DNA of 63,493 bases, filler included, from Licmophora abbreviata (taxonomy: Eukaryota): assembly GCA_900291995.1 (NCBI GenBank). It is 10 parts of 10 records of this genome, joined end to end, with 100 filler letters (N's around TTAATTAATTAA, not from the genome) between each part and the next. Parts side by side here need not be neighbours in the genome. Positions count along the whole stretch, not along the records: positions 11,294 to 12,519 come from OLMU01000657.1; positions 12,620 to 27,678 come from OLMU01000658.1; 8 more parts are not named here. One strand, written 5' to 3'. Each line of letters begins with the position of its first letter. Position 1 is the first letter of the stretch. Shown here piece after piece: positions 11,460 through 22,280 of this stretch. A program made the translations under genes and the position numbers. The notes under the pieces are model-generated. The model did not search any database, was not told the DNA's origin, and saw nothing but the letters and a program-made list of their open reading frames with translations.

Positions 11460-12419
11460 ATGCCCACAGCTCCCACGTTCTACTTGTGGTTTGCAGGTCG
11501 CATTGACTCTCCCGACACGGGCGGAGCTGCTGCAGTCTGCAAGCGTGAAGGGTCCCACGAAGACGACGAACCTCTTTGGACCGTCTCGCGTCGCATGGGC
11601 AGCATTCCTGTCAAGACGAACGCCGCTGAATACTTTGGTCTCATTGCCGGATTACGGAGACTGCTTCAGGAACTGCCGCTTCATGAATTCAATGTCACCA
11701 TCATGGGTTCCTCTGAGCAGACACTGTGTCAAATGATTGGAGAGAAGTCAGTCCCGTTGCCGCTTATTCAGCACTATCACCGCGTGGCGCTCGGCCTAGT
11801 CAACAAGATTCAGGGCGAAGTCACCTGGGAGCTTGTGACTGAGACAGAAAACGGCGAAGCCGACTATCTTGCCGAAAATGCCAGCAAATTAGAACTGCAC
11901 GATGGGAACTACTTTGTCCTCGAACCGAGCACCATGAACTTCATCTCCGCCGAAGTGGAAGGCAAACGAGTGATTGCGGGGCATGACGCAGGGTCCGAAA
12001 CCCCATCGCCGCAAATTCTCATCGATGCGGGGACTGTCGTTGGAACGATGGGAGCCAAGACCTTGGAAGGATTGCTCGATCCCGGCATGACGACGGTTCT
12101 GAAAGGCAAGGTTGAAATGACAGTTCTCGGCATTTTCCCGTCTCTTTCGTTTACCATGTACATGGATGGTGGTGCAAAAGAAGAAGTGACGGTAGAAGAT
12201 GCCATCGTGGTGGACTTCCTACCGTACCCGCTTCAAATTTCGCTAGAGCATCCTCAGGTGAACAAGGTTGTACAGAACGGACATGGGTGGTCTATCTCGT
12301 CGAATTCCGGACAAGACATGTCACCGTCCGCCATTCCAGTGCGATTTCAGGGGCATTCCTATTGGAAGATAGAAAAAGAGAGTGCACATAGTGTGTCAAC
12401 AGGACATCCTCTGGATTAG
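11460..12419 (+). CDS. Degenerate RNase HI-like domain fused to a degenerate retropepsin-like domain
   Basis: N-terminal half matches the archaeal-type RNase HI pattern ('YLWFAG...KTNAAEYFGLIAGL...MGSSEQTLCQMIG...ENGEADYLA'). C-terminal half resembles a retropepsin ('FISAEVEGKRVIAGHDAGS...VLG...IVVD.LPY'). Intronless. Confidence 0.7.
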   Translation: MPTAPTFYLWFAGRIDSPDTGGAAAVCKREGSHEDDEPLWTVSRRMGSIPVKTNAAEYFGLIAGLRRLLQELPLHEFNVTIMGSSEQTLCQMIGEKSVPLPLIQHYHRVALGLVNKIQGEVTWELVTETENGEADYLAENASKLELHDGNYFVLEPSTMNFISAEVEGKRVIAGHDAGSETPSPQILIDAGTVVGTMGAKTLEGLLDPGMTTVLKGKVEMTVLGIFPSLSFTMYMDGGAKEEVTVEDAIVVDFLPYPLQISLEHPQVNKVVQNGHGWSISSNSGQDMSPSAIPVRFQGHSYWKIEKESAHSVSTGHPLD

Positions 12420-12855
12420 TGTCTCCCGTACGTATTGGTGAAGCTGTCTTGGACTTTTTTCCTTCCTTGCAACACGGCTTTCGTTGAACAAGTTCTGCCA
12501 TTTCACGTTGGCGAAACTANNNNNNNNNNNNNNNNNNNNNNNNNNNNNNNNNNNNNNNNNNNNTTAATTAATTAANNNNNNNNNNNNNNNNNNNNNNNNN
12601 NNNNNNNNNNNNNNNNNNNGGCCTCACGGGCCTCCACCCAATTTTCTGCTTGACTCATAACCTCATCCGTGACGTACTTTCCCGCCAACTTTTTCGAAAG
12701 CCATCACACTGTCAGAGCGCGACGACGATGCTGAAGGATAGTACAACCTAGTCGTCTTCGTCGTTGCTGTGCTACTCAATCCCAGTTGTATATGCCACTG
12801 ATCGTCCAACAAAAAGAACGAACGGTCTGTGCCTACTGAAAAAAGTCGCTCGAGG

Positions 12856-15374
12856 ATGCGACGAAAGCTTCTAGTCCCAATCACCACTTCAGTGATGATG
12901 ACGATGATGATGATGGTCGCGCTCGGCGGCCTTTGGTCTCGGTCGACAGTTCACAAACCGAGCAGCGCATTGTGAAGGAATAACAACGATATCCTCCCCA
13001 TGGAAACGAAACGGGCGACCAGTGATATCCCCTCAGAGAATAGCGAGCAGGGTTCGCTACATGACGTCGACGTCATCTGCCGAAAGTGCTACGACGTTGA
13101 TTGGAATTACGGATGTCCAGCAGGCCGTCTTGGAGGTATTGAATGAACTTTTTGATCCTGCCGAAGTAGCGCGAGGGAACGCTCTCGCCAAACTTGATAA
13201 GAGTGGCAAGAAGAAAAAGAAAAAGAAGAAACAGGATGACGCGGCCCCTGATCCGGAACTCTCAGATGACGACAAACAGGCGATTGCCGACAAAGCGGCT
13301 GCCGAGGCCAAGCCGTTTTCGATTGCCGATGCCATGGTGACGCCTGCGACCAAGGAAGAGTTTGGTGACTATCAGTGCAATGCGGCACTGGGGCTCGCCA
13401 AGGCCGTCGCTATGAACCCGAGGTACGTAGGACGTTACCCGTCGACCTGAAGTGTCGACACGAAAGTCGAAGAGCGTCGATGCTCACTTAGACCTCTATG
13501 TATTTTGTCTACAGAGAATGTGCACAAAAGATATCTGATGGCTTAGCGGCGAGACTGGCAGATATCATGGAAGAACCTGAAATCGCAGGACCTGGCTTCA
13601 TCAATCTTCGCTTCACGCCCGAATATCTTGCCTCGGCTGCCGGTCTGATGGCGAGCGACGCGGCAGGACGTCTTGGAATCCCCCCAACCAGGTATGTCTT
13701 CGGATCGAGCACAAGTAAACGTGACAACGAGAGACATAGTCTTACAACATGGTGATCATTTTCCACAGCGTCAAACAAAAGATTGTCGTTGATTATTCGT
13801 CACCGAACATTGCGAAGGAAATGCATGTTGGACACTTGCGGTCGACGATAATCGGAGATACTCTATGCAAAGTCTTGGAATTTGCAGGACACGAAGTCGT
13901 CCGACTGAATCATATCGGTGATTGGGGGACACAGTTTGGTATGCTCGTCGAGCACCTGCGTGAAGAGTATCCAGAGGCGCTAGATAAGTCAAAGGCAGAT
14001 GAGGTGGATCTGGGCGACCTGGTAGTTTTGTATAAAGCCGCGAAGAAACGATTTGACGACGACGAAGAATTCAAGCAGCGTGCAAGAGAGGGCGTGGTCA
14101 AGCTGCAAGCTGAAAATGCGGAAGAAATAGCTGCGTGGGAGGCGCTCTGTGCTGCGAGTCGCAAGGAGTATCAAAGGGTGAGCCCTTGGTATGTCATTTT
14201 GTATATGCAGCGATACGCGTTTGACTCACGTGTGCACTCGAACCCCTCATCTTAGATCTACGACACTCTCAACATCCGCGGACTTCAGGAACGAGGTGAA
14301 TCCTTTTACAATCCTTTCCTCAATGATGTTGTAGAAGATCTGGAAAAGCAGGGCCTTGCTGTGGAAAGCGAAGGTGCCACCGTGGTGTTCCTCGATGGCG
14401 TAAGTTGCACAATGTACCTTCGTCCAACCACAACACACACAAAACGAACTCACCAACTCTTTCCTTTCTCTCGACAGTTTACCAATCGAGATGGTTCTAA
14501 GCTTCCCATGCTGATTCGTAAATCGGACGGAGGCTTCAACTACGCTACGACAGATCTCGCCGCCATTCGGCATCGCGTGCAACTCGAGGATGGTGAAGAG
14601 GCAGATCGAGTACTCTACGTGACGGACGCCGGTCAAGCGCAACATTTCCAAATGGTGTTTGCTGCTGGCAGACTGGCGGGCTATATTCCGACAGAGGCAT
14701 CTCTGGAACATGTGCCATTTGGACTGGTGCAAGGGGAAGACGGAAAGAAGTTTGCGACTCGATCGGGGGACACGGTCAAACTCAAGGACTTACTCGAAGA
14801 AGCGGTGAGAATTGCAGGACAAGACAGACAGTCAAGGACAGAAAACCTGGACGCAACAGTGAGCGATCACGTCCAAAAAGTTGCAGAGATTGTGGGCATC
14901 GGTGCGGTCAAGTACGCCGACCTGTCCATGAACCGCGAATCGAACTATCGCTTCAGTTATGACCGTATGCTAAGTCTGAACGGCAACACAGCTCCTTACA
15001 TGCTCTACGCGTATGCAAGAATCTGCGGCATTGTTCGTAAAGCTATTGGCCAGAGCGACGCCAATGCACCAGTGCAGTGGCCAGAGGCGTCTGAGATTCT
15101 CATCACCAACGACGCCGAACGACAACTGGTACGCAACCTGGTGCGACTTCCAGATGTTTTGAAGGAAGTAGAGCGCGATCTCTACCCCAACCGAATCTGC
15201 GATTACTTGTTCGAGACGAGCCAGAAGTTCAACCAGTTCTATGAGAGCTGTCCAGTGAACACGGCCGAGACGCCTGAACTCAAGGCGAGTCGACTGTCGC
15301 TTTGTATCGCCTCGGCAGCTGCCATTCGACTGCTGATGGACTTGCTAGGAATTCAAGTGGTTGAGCGATTGTAG
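12856..15374 (+). CDS. argS: Arginyl-tRNA synthetase, organellar, with a frame break in the presequence
   Basis: 'FGDYQCNAA', 'EIAGPGFIN', '[23 protein letters not shown]' (HIGH motif), 'KKFATR', '[14 protein letters not shown]'. Introns at 13423-13514, 13692-13768, 14178-14255 and 14400-14477. Confidence 0.95.
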
Positions 15375-15707
15375 CTAGTTGCGAAGTAGACCTCTGCTTT
15401 TTGTGTGAGAACGGCGGTCCTATTGTGTTAGTGATTGGTCTACGCTCTTTCTCTCTCCCTAGCTAGCCGACACTTCCGGGTGTCTATCTAATTGAAGTCG
15501 TAGTGATGACGTCGTTTGTCTCTTTGTGGTTAAATAAATAAATCTTTTTGATATTTTCGAAGCAAAGGTGCGCCAGCGTGTCCCAACTGCTCTCACGAGC
15601 AAAGCAGAACCCTTGTCCTGCTGCCGTGGCTATCATCACTCATTCAATCTTCATCAGTCGTCGTTGTCTCTTGTTTTGAGACTATTCGATACCATCGCTC
15701 TTGAACC

Positions 15708-16541
15708 ATGACACACCCGCAGCTGCAAAAGTTTCTGGACAAGACGGAGGCCTTCATGGCCGAGTATCCGACGATTTCTCAGAACGGTAAGTAGTCTAGA
15801 CCAACGAATCCTTGATCCTGTTGTTGCTCGTGGACACGTAGGATTCTACGAGCTTTCGGTACGGGTGATGTTCGAATTCCGTTCCTGTTCCTCGCGATGG
15901 ACCGAATTGGTGCCGTAGAAACCCTCCAAGACGATGGTTTGACTGCTTACTCGGCTCAAGGACTCTACGGAAGATCCTGTGTGTCAGTTGGAGACCTTAT
16001 GTGGCTAGTTTGGTCTCTAGAGTCGCTCATTCGACTGATCTATCGGACTTCACCCCAGTCCACCGTTAGACATCCACGCTCACTCACATCGCACTGTCAT
16101 TTTGATCCTCTTTTTTCAGACAAGCTTTCGCAATTGGAAAAGAAGACTGGATACCCAAAGCAGTACTTCTTCCTGGCCGCTGTGGTCCTCGTGGCAGGCT
16201 TGTTCTTTCTGATTGGCGGCACCAAGCTCATTACCGACTTGACCGCCGTTTGCTACCCTGCCTACATGTCCTTCAAGGCAATCGACAACAAGATGGCCGC
16301 CAGTGGCGCCGACGACTTGCAGTGGCTGACCTACTGGGTCGTCTACAGTACCTTTTCATTGATCGATCAGTCCATGTTCATCTTGCAGTGGATTCCGTTT
16401 TACTTTTACATCAAATGTGCCTTTTTGGTCTGGCTGTACCACCCCAAGACACAGGGAGCGACCATTGTGTACCAGCAAGGCATTCGGCCCTTCATCTTGC
16501 CCTACCTTCCCAAAGAAACCAGCATCAAGAAAGCGGAGTAA
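15708..16541 (+). CDS. YOP1: REEP/DP1/Yop1 (TB2/DP1/HVA22) ER-shaping protein, 2 exons
   Basis: 'YPAYMSFKAI...DDLQWLTYWVVYS...WIPFYFYIK.AFLVWLYHP.TQGA..VY'. Intron 15787-16119. Confidence 0.9.
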
Positions 16542-16943
16542 AAGAAAGAGCACTTGGATAAGGAGACTTGAACACAGATCATCGGAAGCCACCCGTAGTG
16601 TGCCAGCTGTACTTGTTGGGTTTCTCTTGGAGCAAGCATACGAATGATAAAGCGGGGGGCGATTGCCTTGTTGCTTGTTCGCTAGAGAAGACAGTTAGAC
16701 ACTACTAGTCCATATTTACTACACTTGCCGATTGCTCACGCTGCTGCACTGTAGCAACTTTGTCCATCTCGGGCTTGTTTTGTGTGCTGTACTGAAAAGA
16801 GGGCTACTCGTGTCAAGGCGACAAGGACCAGCATAAACAGACGGAACGTTGTTTCGCAAGAAAGCATTACCAAATACTTATTAGTATCATTATCGACATC
16901 GTACAAAATGAACATGTAAGTGAGATCAACAGAAGCGACACAA

Positions 16944-18299
16944 TCATGTTAGCTGATTGTCCACTCGTCCTACAAAAGTGGGAGTTCCGTCGCGCTTGCG
17001 TATGCCTTTGGCAACGCTCGAAACAACAAATTCCCCATTGTCAGTACCGGTGGTGCCCGACAAGGAAGGTGAACTCTCCGATTTCTTTACCACCAGCCCT
17101 TCCCTGGAATCACCCGAGTCGTCGCTACGGGATACGTCAGGCAAGATGCTATCGTTGGCCTCGTTGTCTCCTTCTTCCAAGTCACCTGGTTCTTCAAACG
17201 GAACGGGCTCAAAGCTCTCATCCCACTCATACCCCAAAACAACGATTTCCATCCCTTTCGGAAACTTAACCGGCAGTGGTAAGAACCAGTGCCAGGAAAC
17301 ATCGGGAGAGCTGCCGCCAAACATTTCGTTAAAGTCATGCGTCACTCGCGTTAGTTCCGTTCCGCCCTGGCCGACGCTCATTTTCATGCGAGCAATCTTG
17401 CTCGTGTTTTGTTCAATCGCATCGATCTGTTCGACCAGCATGACACAGGTAAAGACCATAAAAACAACAGAGCAGACCAGCAACATCAACACTAGATTGC
17501 TATCCCAGAGTCCTTCGCATTCTTGAAAGACAAACACAGTCTTTAACGCACGGGCGGCAGGATCTTCGTTGGAATCGCCCTTTTCGCCCCAGCCCGTGTC
17601 TTCCGAGTCGTCTCGGACGTGGCCACAGTGAACCAATCGAATGATAATCAGGAGCAGTGACAGGAGAGAAGTCCAAAGGGTGTAAAAGATAAAAAGTACA
17701 AAGAATTTATGGTTCATGGCTCCAATGGCATTTCCGACCCAAGGACTAAAAAGAGTTTCGCAAAAAGTCAGGATTCACTTTAGTCGTGATGGTGTACAGT
17801 GTGCATCACGGTCATAATTGTGGTTTCGTTCGTCTTACCAAAAGTGATCAAACTTAACGATGCATCGCCCCGTGACAGAATCATGGTGAGCCCGGGGAGG
17901 CTTGAAGTTGTCATTGCACTGATGGCACCGTCGCGCCGCTCTCCGCGACGGTTTGGACGGCTGCAAATCCACACCGCCGCTCGCAGCACTGCTACTTGCA
18001 CTCCGCCGGAACGTCGTGAGGGGCCTCGCTCCCATGGGAACCGCGCCAGGATCCGTCGTCCAGGCCATGAATAAACTGCACAATGCCAACGCAGAGGCCG
18101 GACAGTAGAGCGCTCCAAAAATTATCTTACTCACGAGTGAACTCGACAGGAGCTTAAGCGAAATGACGACAAGCGCAAATACATGTACTGACAGACTCAA
18201 AAGTATGCACAGTATACCACAGCAGTCCAATGTCAGCCACCTTCGACTGCGAAAGGACGTTCCAATGCAGGAACCGCACCATTCACGGCGGCCGCCCAT
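16944..18299 (-). CDS. DHHC-family protein S-palmitoyltransferase (DHFC variant), 2 exons
   Basis: 'TDPG' motif, spliced cysteine-rich domain '[45 protein letters not shown]', four TM helices. Intron 17838-17746. Confidence 0.92.
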
Positions 18300-18781
18300 G
18301 GTCGCATCAACAAAAGTTTGTCACACGCACAGCAAGAGTTTGGAAAGTTGAGCACACATCGCCGTCGTCGGTCTGGATCTTTTGCAATCGTGTTTGACCC
18401 CTGTACGACGTGTACTGCAGTTTGTGTAGAAAGTGGCCCGCATTATGAGCTACGGGGATGTGGGTTCGTCCATACTCGGTCTTTCTATCATTAATATCTA
18501 TGCCATTGAATACAAGTTGACATACATTTCCAAAATCGTATTCAGGTTGGAATGCGCTATTTTACTATGTGTACACGACTAAATACTTTCCAACATATTG
18601 ATGCGTGAAGTACGGAAAACTAATATCTTGCGGGACTGAGGAAACACCTCCTCGAGGAGATCGCGATCGCACGTTTTTCATCATTATTGCGATGGCAGCG
18701 TGCGTTGATGCTGCCGATGAGTATAGAAGTACACAGATCACATCGGAGCCCTCCTGAAAGGCTGTCTCTCTCGCCAAAACG

Positions 18782-20583
18782 ATGATAGTGACTCGCATGG
18801 TAGCAATGTGTACTGCGGTGAGCTTCCATCTTGCCGCAGGCTTCTCCGCAACTCATCATCGTCGCTTGCCATCCATCAATAGTATGGCAACAGTGTACGT
18901 CGGGCAGCCGAATGTGTCTGTGTCAGCATCATCCGTATCTGGGCATTGTCGTAGTCAACTCGTGAGCACAAGAAATCTTGGATTCCAACGAAGGCTGCCT
19001 ATTGGGCTCGGTGGACTGTATTTCAGTAGTAGCAGCGCTTCATCAACCGAATCAGTCGACGACCAAAAACTTTTCGAACCGATTGGTGTCGGCATCAAGA
19101 GAGACTTCCAACGGAGGCTTCCATATTTCAAGTCGGATGTCTTGGATGGCCTCAAGGTCCAAAGCCTTGCGACAACATTATTTCTATTCTTTGCGTGTCT
19201 TGCCCCTGCGATTGGCTTTGGCGGTATCCTCTGTATGGCTACGGACGGTGCCATGGGAACCATTGAGATGGTCACATCCACGGCGGTCTGTGGTGTCCTG
19301 TACGCTCTATTTTCAGCCCAACCGATTCAGCTCATTGGTCCTATGGGCCCCAGTCTGGCCTTTACCATCAGTCTGTATCAGCTTGCCGTTCGTTTGTCGC
19401 TTCCATTCTTGCCGCTCTACGCGTGGACTGGAGGTGGACCGGAGGTATGCTCCTGACAGCTTCGCTGACATCCACGTCGAATCTTGTCAAGTACCTCAGT
19501 CCTTTCACAGATGAGATCTTTTCCACATTGACCAGTACCATCTTTCTCTTTGAGGCGATATCCGATGTGGCGAGAACCTTTACCTCGCCTGTATCCTCGG
19601 CTACAAAGGCGTTGTTGACATTAACGTGCGCCGGCGTCACGTTTGGGTCTGCCATGGTGCTGAGAGGATTGAAGAACTCTGTCTTTTTCACAAAATCGAT
19701 TCGAAACAACCTTTCAAACTTCGCACCGGCCATTGGAGTGGCTTTAGGTTCGCTAGTCGCCCGCGCCGCTCGGATCAAGTACGGGTCAGCCACTGCAGCG
19801 CTTCCCGCATTGTCGTTACCGACCAAGTTTGCGACTACGAGTGGCCGCTCATGGCTGATTCCCCTTCTCGATTTACCCCTCTGGGCACGTTGGGCTGCAT
19901 GTCTTCCTGCCGCATTGCTGACAGTGCTCTTGTTTCTCGACCAGAATATAACCGCCAGACTGGTCAACGATCCCCGCTACAAAATGACCAAGGGACGCGA
20001 TGAGGGCAACGTCATCGATGGTATGCACGGCGATATGTTTGTCCTGTGCATCCTCACTGCTGCAACGTCGGTTGTAGGCCTGCCGTGGATGGTTGGTGCC
20101 ACGACACGTAGCGCCGCGCATGTGCGATCTCTGTCCGTCGTGAACGACGTCGACGGAACGATCCAGGGCACCTTGGAGAATCGCGTCACGGGCGTTTGTA
20201 TTCACGCGCTGATTGGTGCGTGCGTTCTGTTTTCGTGGCCTCGTCAAGTCTTATCTCAAGTGCCACTTCCAGTCTTATCAGGAGTATTCATGTATCTGGG
20301 ATTTACCTCGCTCCAGGGACTCGAGCTCTGGGATCGTATCCAGGGATTGTTTCATGACACCACAGTCGCACCCAAGACGCGATGGACGGATGTGGTGCCG
20401 CAGCGTGTGACGACTCTCTTCACGGGCCTGCAAATGGCGTGTGTTGCTGCTATGATGTGGGTGACTAAATCGTCGTTTGGGGTAATTTCGCCCATGATGA
20501 TTGCGCTGCTGCCGTTGCTCCGTTGGGGGGTGGTCAAGAGCGGTCATATCGACAAGGAATCGATGGAGATACTCGACCCGTGA
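18782..20583 (+). CDS. SLC4: SLC4-family bicarbonate/anion transporter, probably plastid-targeted, with a 1-nt frameshift at ~19433
   Basis: 'GIKRDFQRRLPYFKSD..DGL', 'LFLFFACLAPAIGFG', 'FTDEIF', 'LFLDQNITARLVN', 'GLPWMVGAT', 'ENRVTG'. N-terminal signal peptide ends 'AAG-F'. Confidence 0.9.
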
Positions 20584-20702
20584 TGTGTCTCTTCTACGAG
20601 ACTAGAACAGGCTCGCCACGATATTGGAACGAGAAGCGGTCTAAAGGGCACTTACTCAACAGCTATCATATTACTTTACTACTCCAATAGTATCAAAAGT
20701 AC

Positions 20703-21932
20703 CTATACCCTTCCGAGAGTCTCTCGTCCCATTCTACCGACACGTCGATACGATGTAGACCCAGCAGCACCAGCAGAAGAAGATGTTGCAGATTGTTCTT
20801 GCACGTTTTGGACCTTGTCCATGTAGCCTCGCACTGCCCCAACCGTCTGACTCACCACTGCAAGGTGAGACATCAATTGAGTCATGCTGCCGTCTCGTGC
20901 GGAGTCGGTGCTCATCCTCCTACTGGCGGACGCCAATGGCCCCACTTGACAGACGAGCGTCTGGACACGCCGCAAGAGTCCGAGCGGTGGTTCTTCCTTA
21001 TCAAAGCTTCCACTGTCGACTTGCTGTAAGAAGTCCACCAGCACGGCCAGTCGATCTTGCATGGACTGCAGGGAATGCTGTAGAGAGTCCAAGTGGGCAC
21101 TATACTGCGAGGACGACTCATCGTCCGTATTATTGCTCGTCGCGTCGTCCTCTTCACTGCGTGAATGATGATGATGATGGGGTTGCTCCCTCACGACACG
21201 CTCAACAGCAATGCGTTCCGATTCAAACGTCTGTAGATGCCAATCCGAATGGGCAAGCAAGACTTGCGGTGACGTGTTCGAAACTTGATACAGCATGAGT
21301 GGAAGCACGTCCGCAGGCTTCTTGTCGTCGTCGTCGTCGTCGTGTATCACCTCTGGTACTTGCAACAAGGCAAAGACAAAGGAATCTTGCTTTTCTATAC
21401 CGTAATGTTCTTTCAGCTGAGATGTCGTCACAATATCGTCCGCAGTTGGATGAGGATCCGCCGACACTCGATACCATCCCACAACCCTATGCATTGGAAA
21501 TACCGCTTGGTGCAAGGCAACTTGCGTTTGCGCTCCTTGCAGTACTGAAATTTCAATGTCATCGGCATCGCGAATGTCCAAAGTCTTTGAAGTGCCATTA
21601 TGTATACCAAACAAGAGGCCCACGACGGGTGCGTCCCGGTCCAGAGGTGACCCTCCGCAGGTGACGCGCGTGAACTGGTCTGACATGTGGACAATGGCGA
21701 GCTATCATAAGGTAGGCAGCAGAGAGAGAAGGGAGAGAGAAGGGTGAGCACTGTTCCAAGTGTGTAGGCAATGCACACCCGACAACAAGTAGCTAGCTAG
21801 GTAAAAAGTAGTAGTACCGCGTACCGGATGAATCGAAATAGGATGCTGTTGTTCGTCGTCGTTAGGGGAAGTAGTGTTGCTCCCTCCTACGGGAGTATCT
21901 ACATCCATACTAGTAGGCGCGGAGGATGACAT
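20703..21932 (-). CDS. CSN6: COP9 signalosome subunit 6 (MPN- domain), 2 exons
   Basis: Spliced 'ISIHPLAIVHMSDQFTR', 'VVGLLFG', 'VFP...VVGWY', 'ESERIAVERV'. Intron 21824-21702. Confidence 0.88.
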
Positions 21933-22280
21933 GGTGTGTTAGAGTGAACGTGTGGTGTGGGACAGAATTATAGAGACTAGGTTCACAACAACAACAATAA
22001 CAGTGGATTGCACACCGCTGTGCAGTGTCATCATCGCAACGCGAGCGTCGCCTGGATTCATTCATTCGACGAATCGGTCGGCGACCAGACTAACCAGAAA
22101 CGCCGTGGTGCCAAACCAGGCTCTCGTCTCCTCACCTTTTGTGTGGTGCCGTTTTGCTGTTGCGGCTTTTTCCTATTTGGCTCTCCACGGAAGACCCACC
22201 TCTGTCTGGTGTTGTTGCTACTACTGTTCTTCTTGTGGTTGGCGTGTCTACTAGTATTTTTTTTAAATTTACAGCGAAAC

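Noticed and set aside
11294..12519. Intact LTR retrotransposon
   Set aside because: No RT, integrase, gag, LTR or PBS is visible, the domain order is reversed, and catalytic residues are altered. Reported instead as a stand-alone fusion gene.
15787..16119. Unusually long REEP intron (333 nt) as a possible C/D snoRNA host
   Set aside because: Only an imperfect box C (GTGATGT) and a distant CTGA are present, with no terminal stem or recognisable rRNA guide.
19425..19445. Programmed frameshifting in SLC4, SulP and other genes
   Set aside because: No common slippery heptamer or downstream structure. The pattern fits indel errors.
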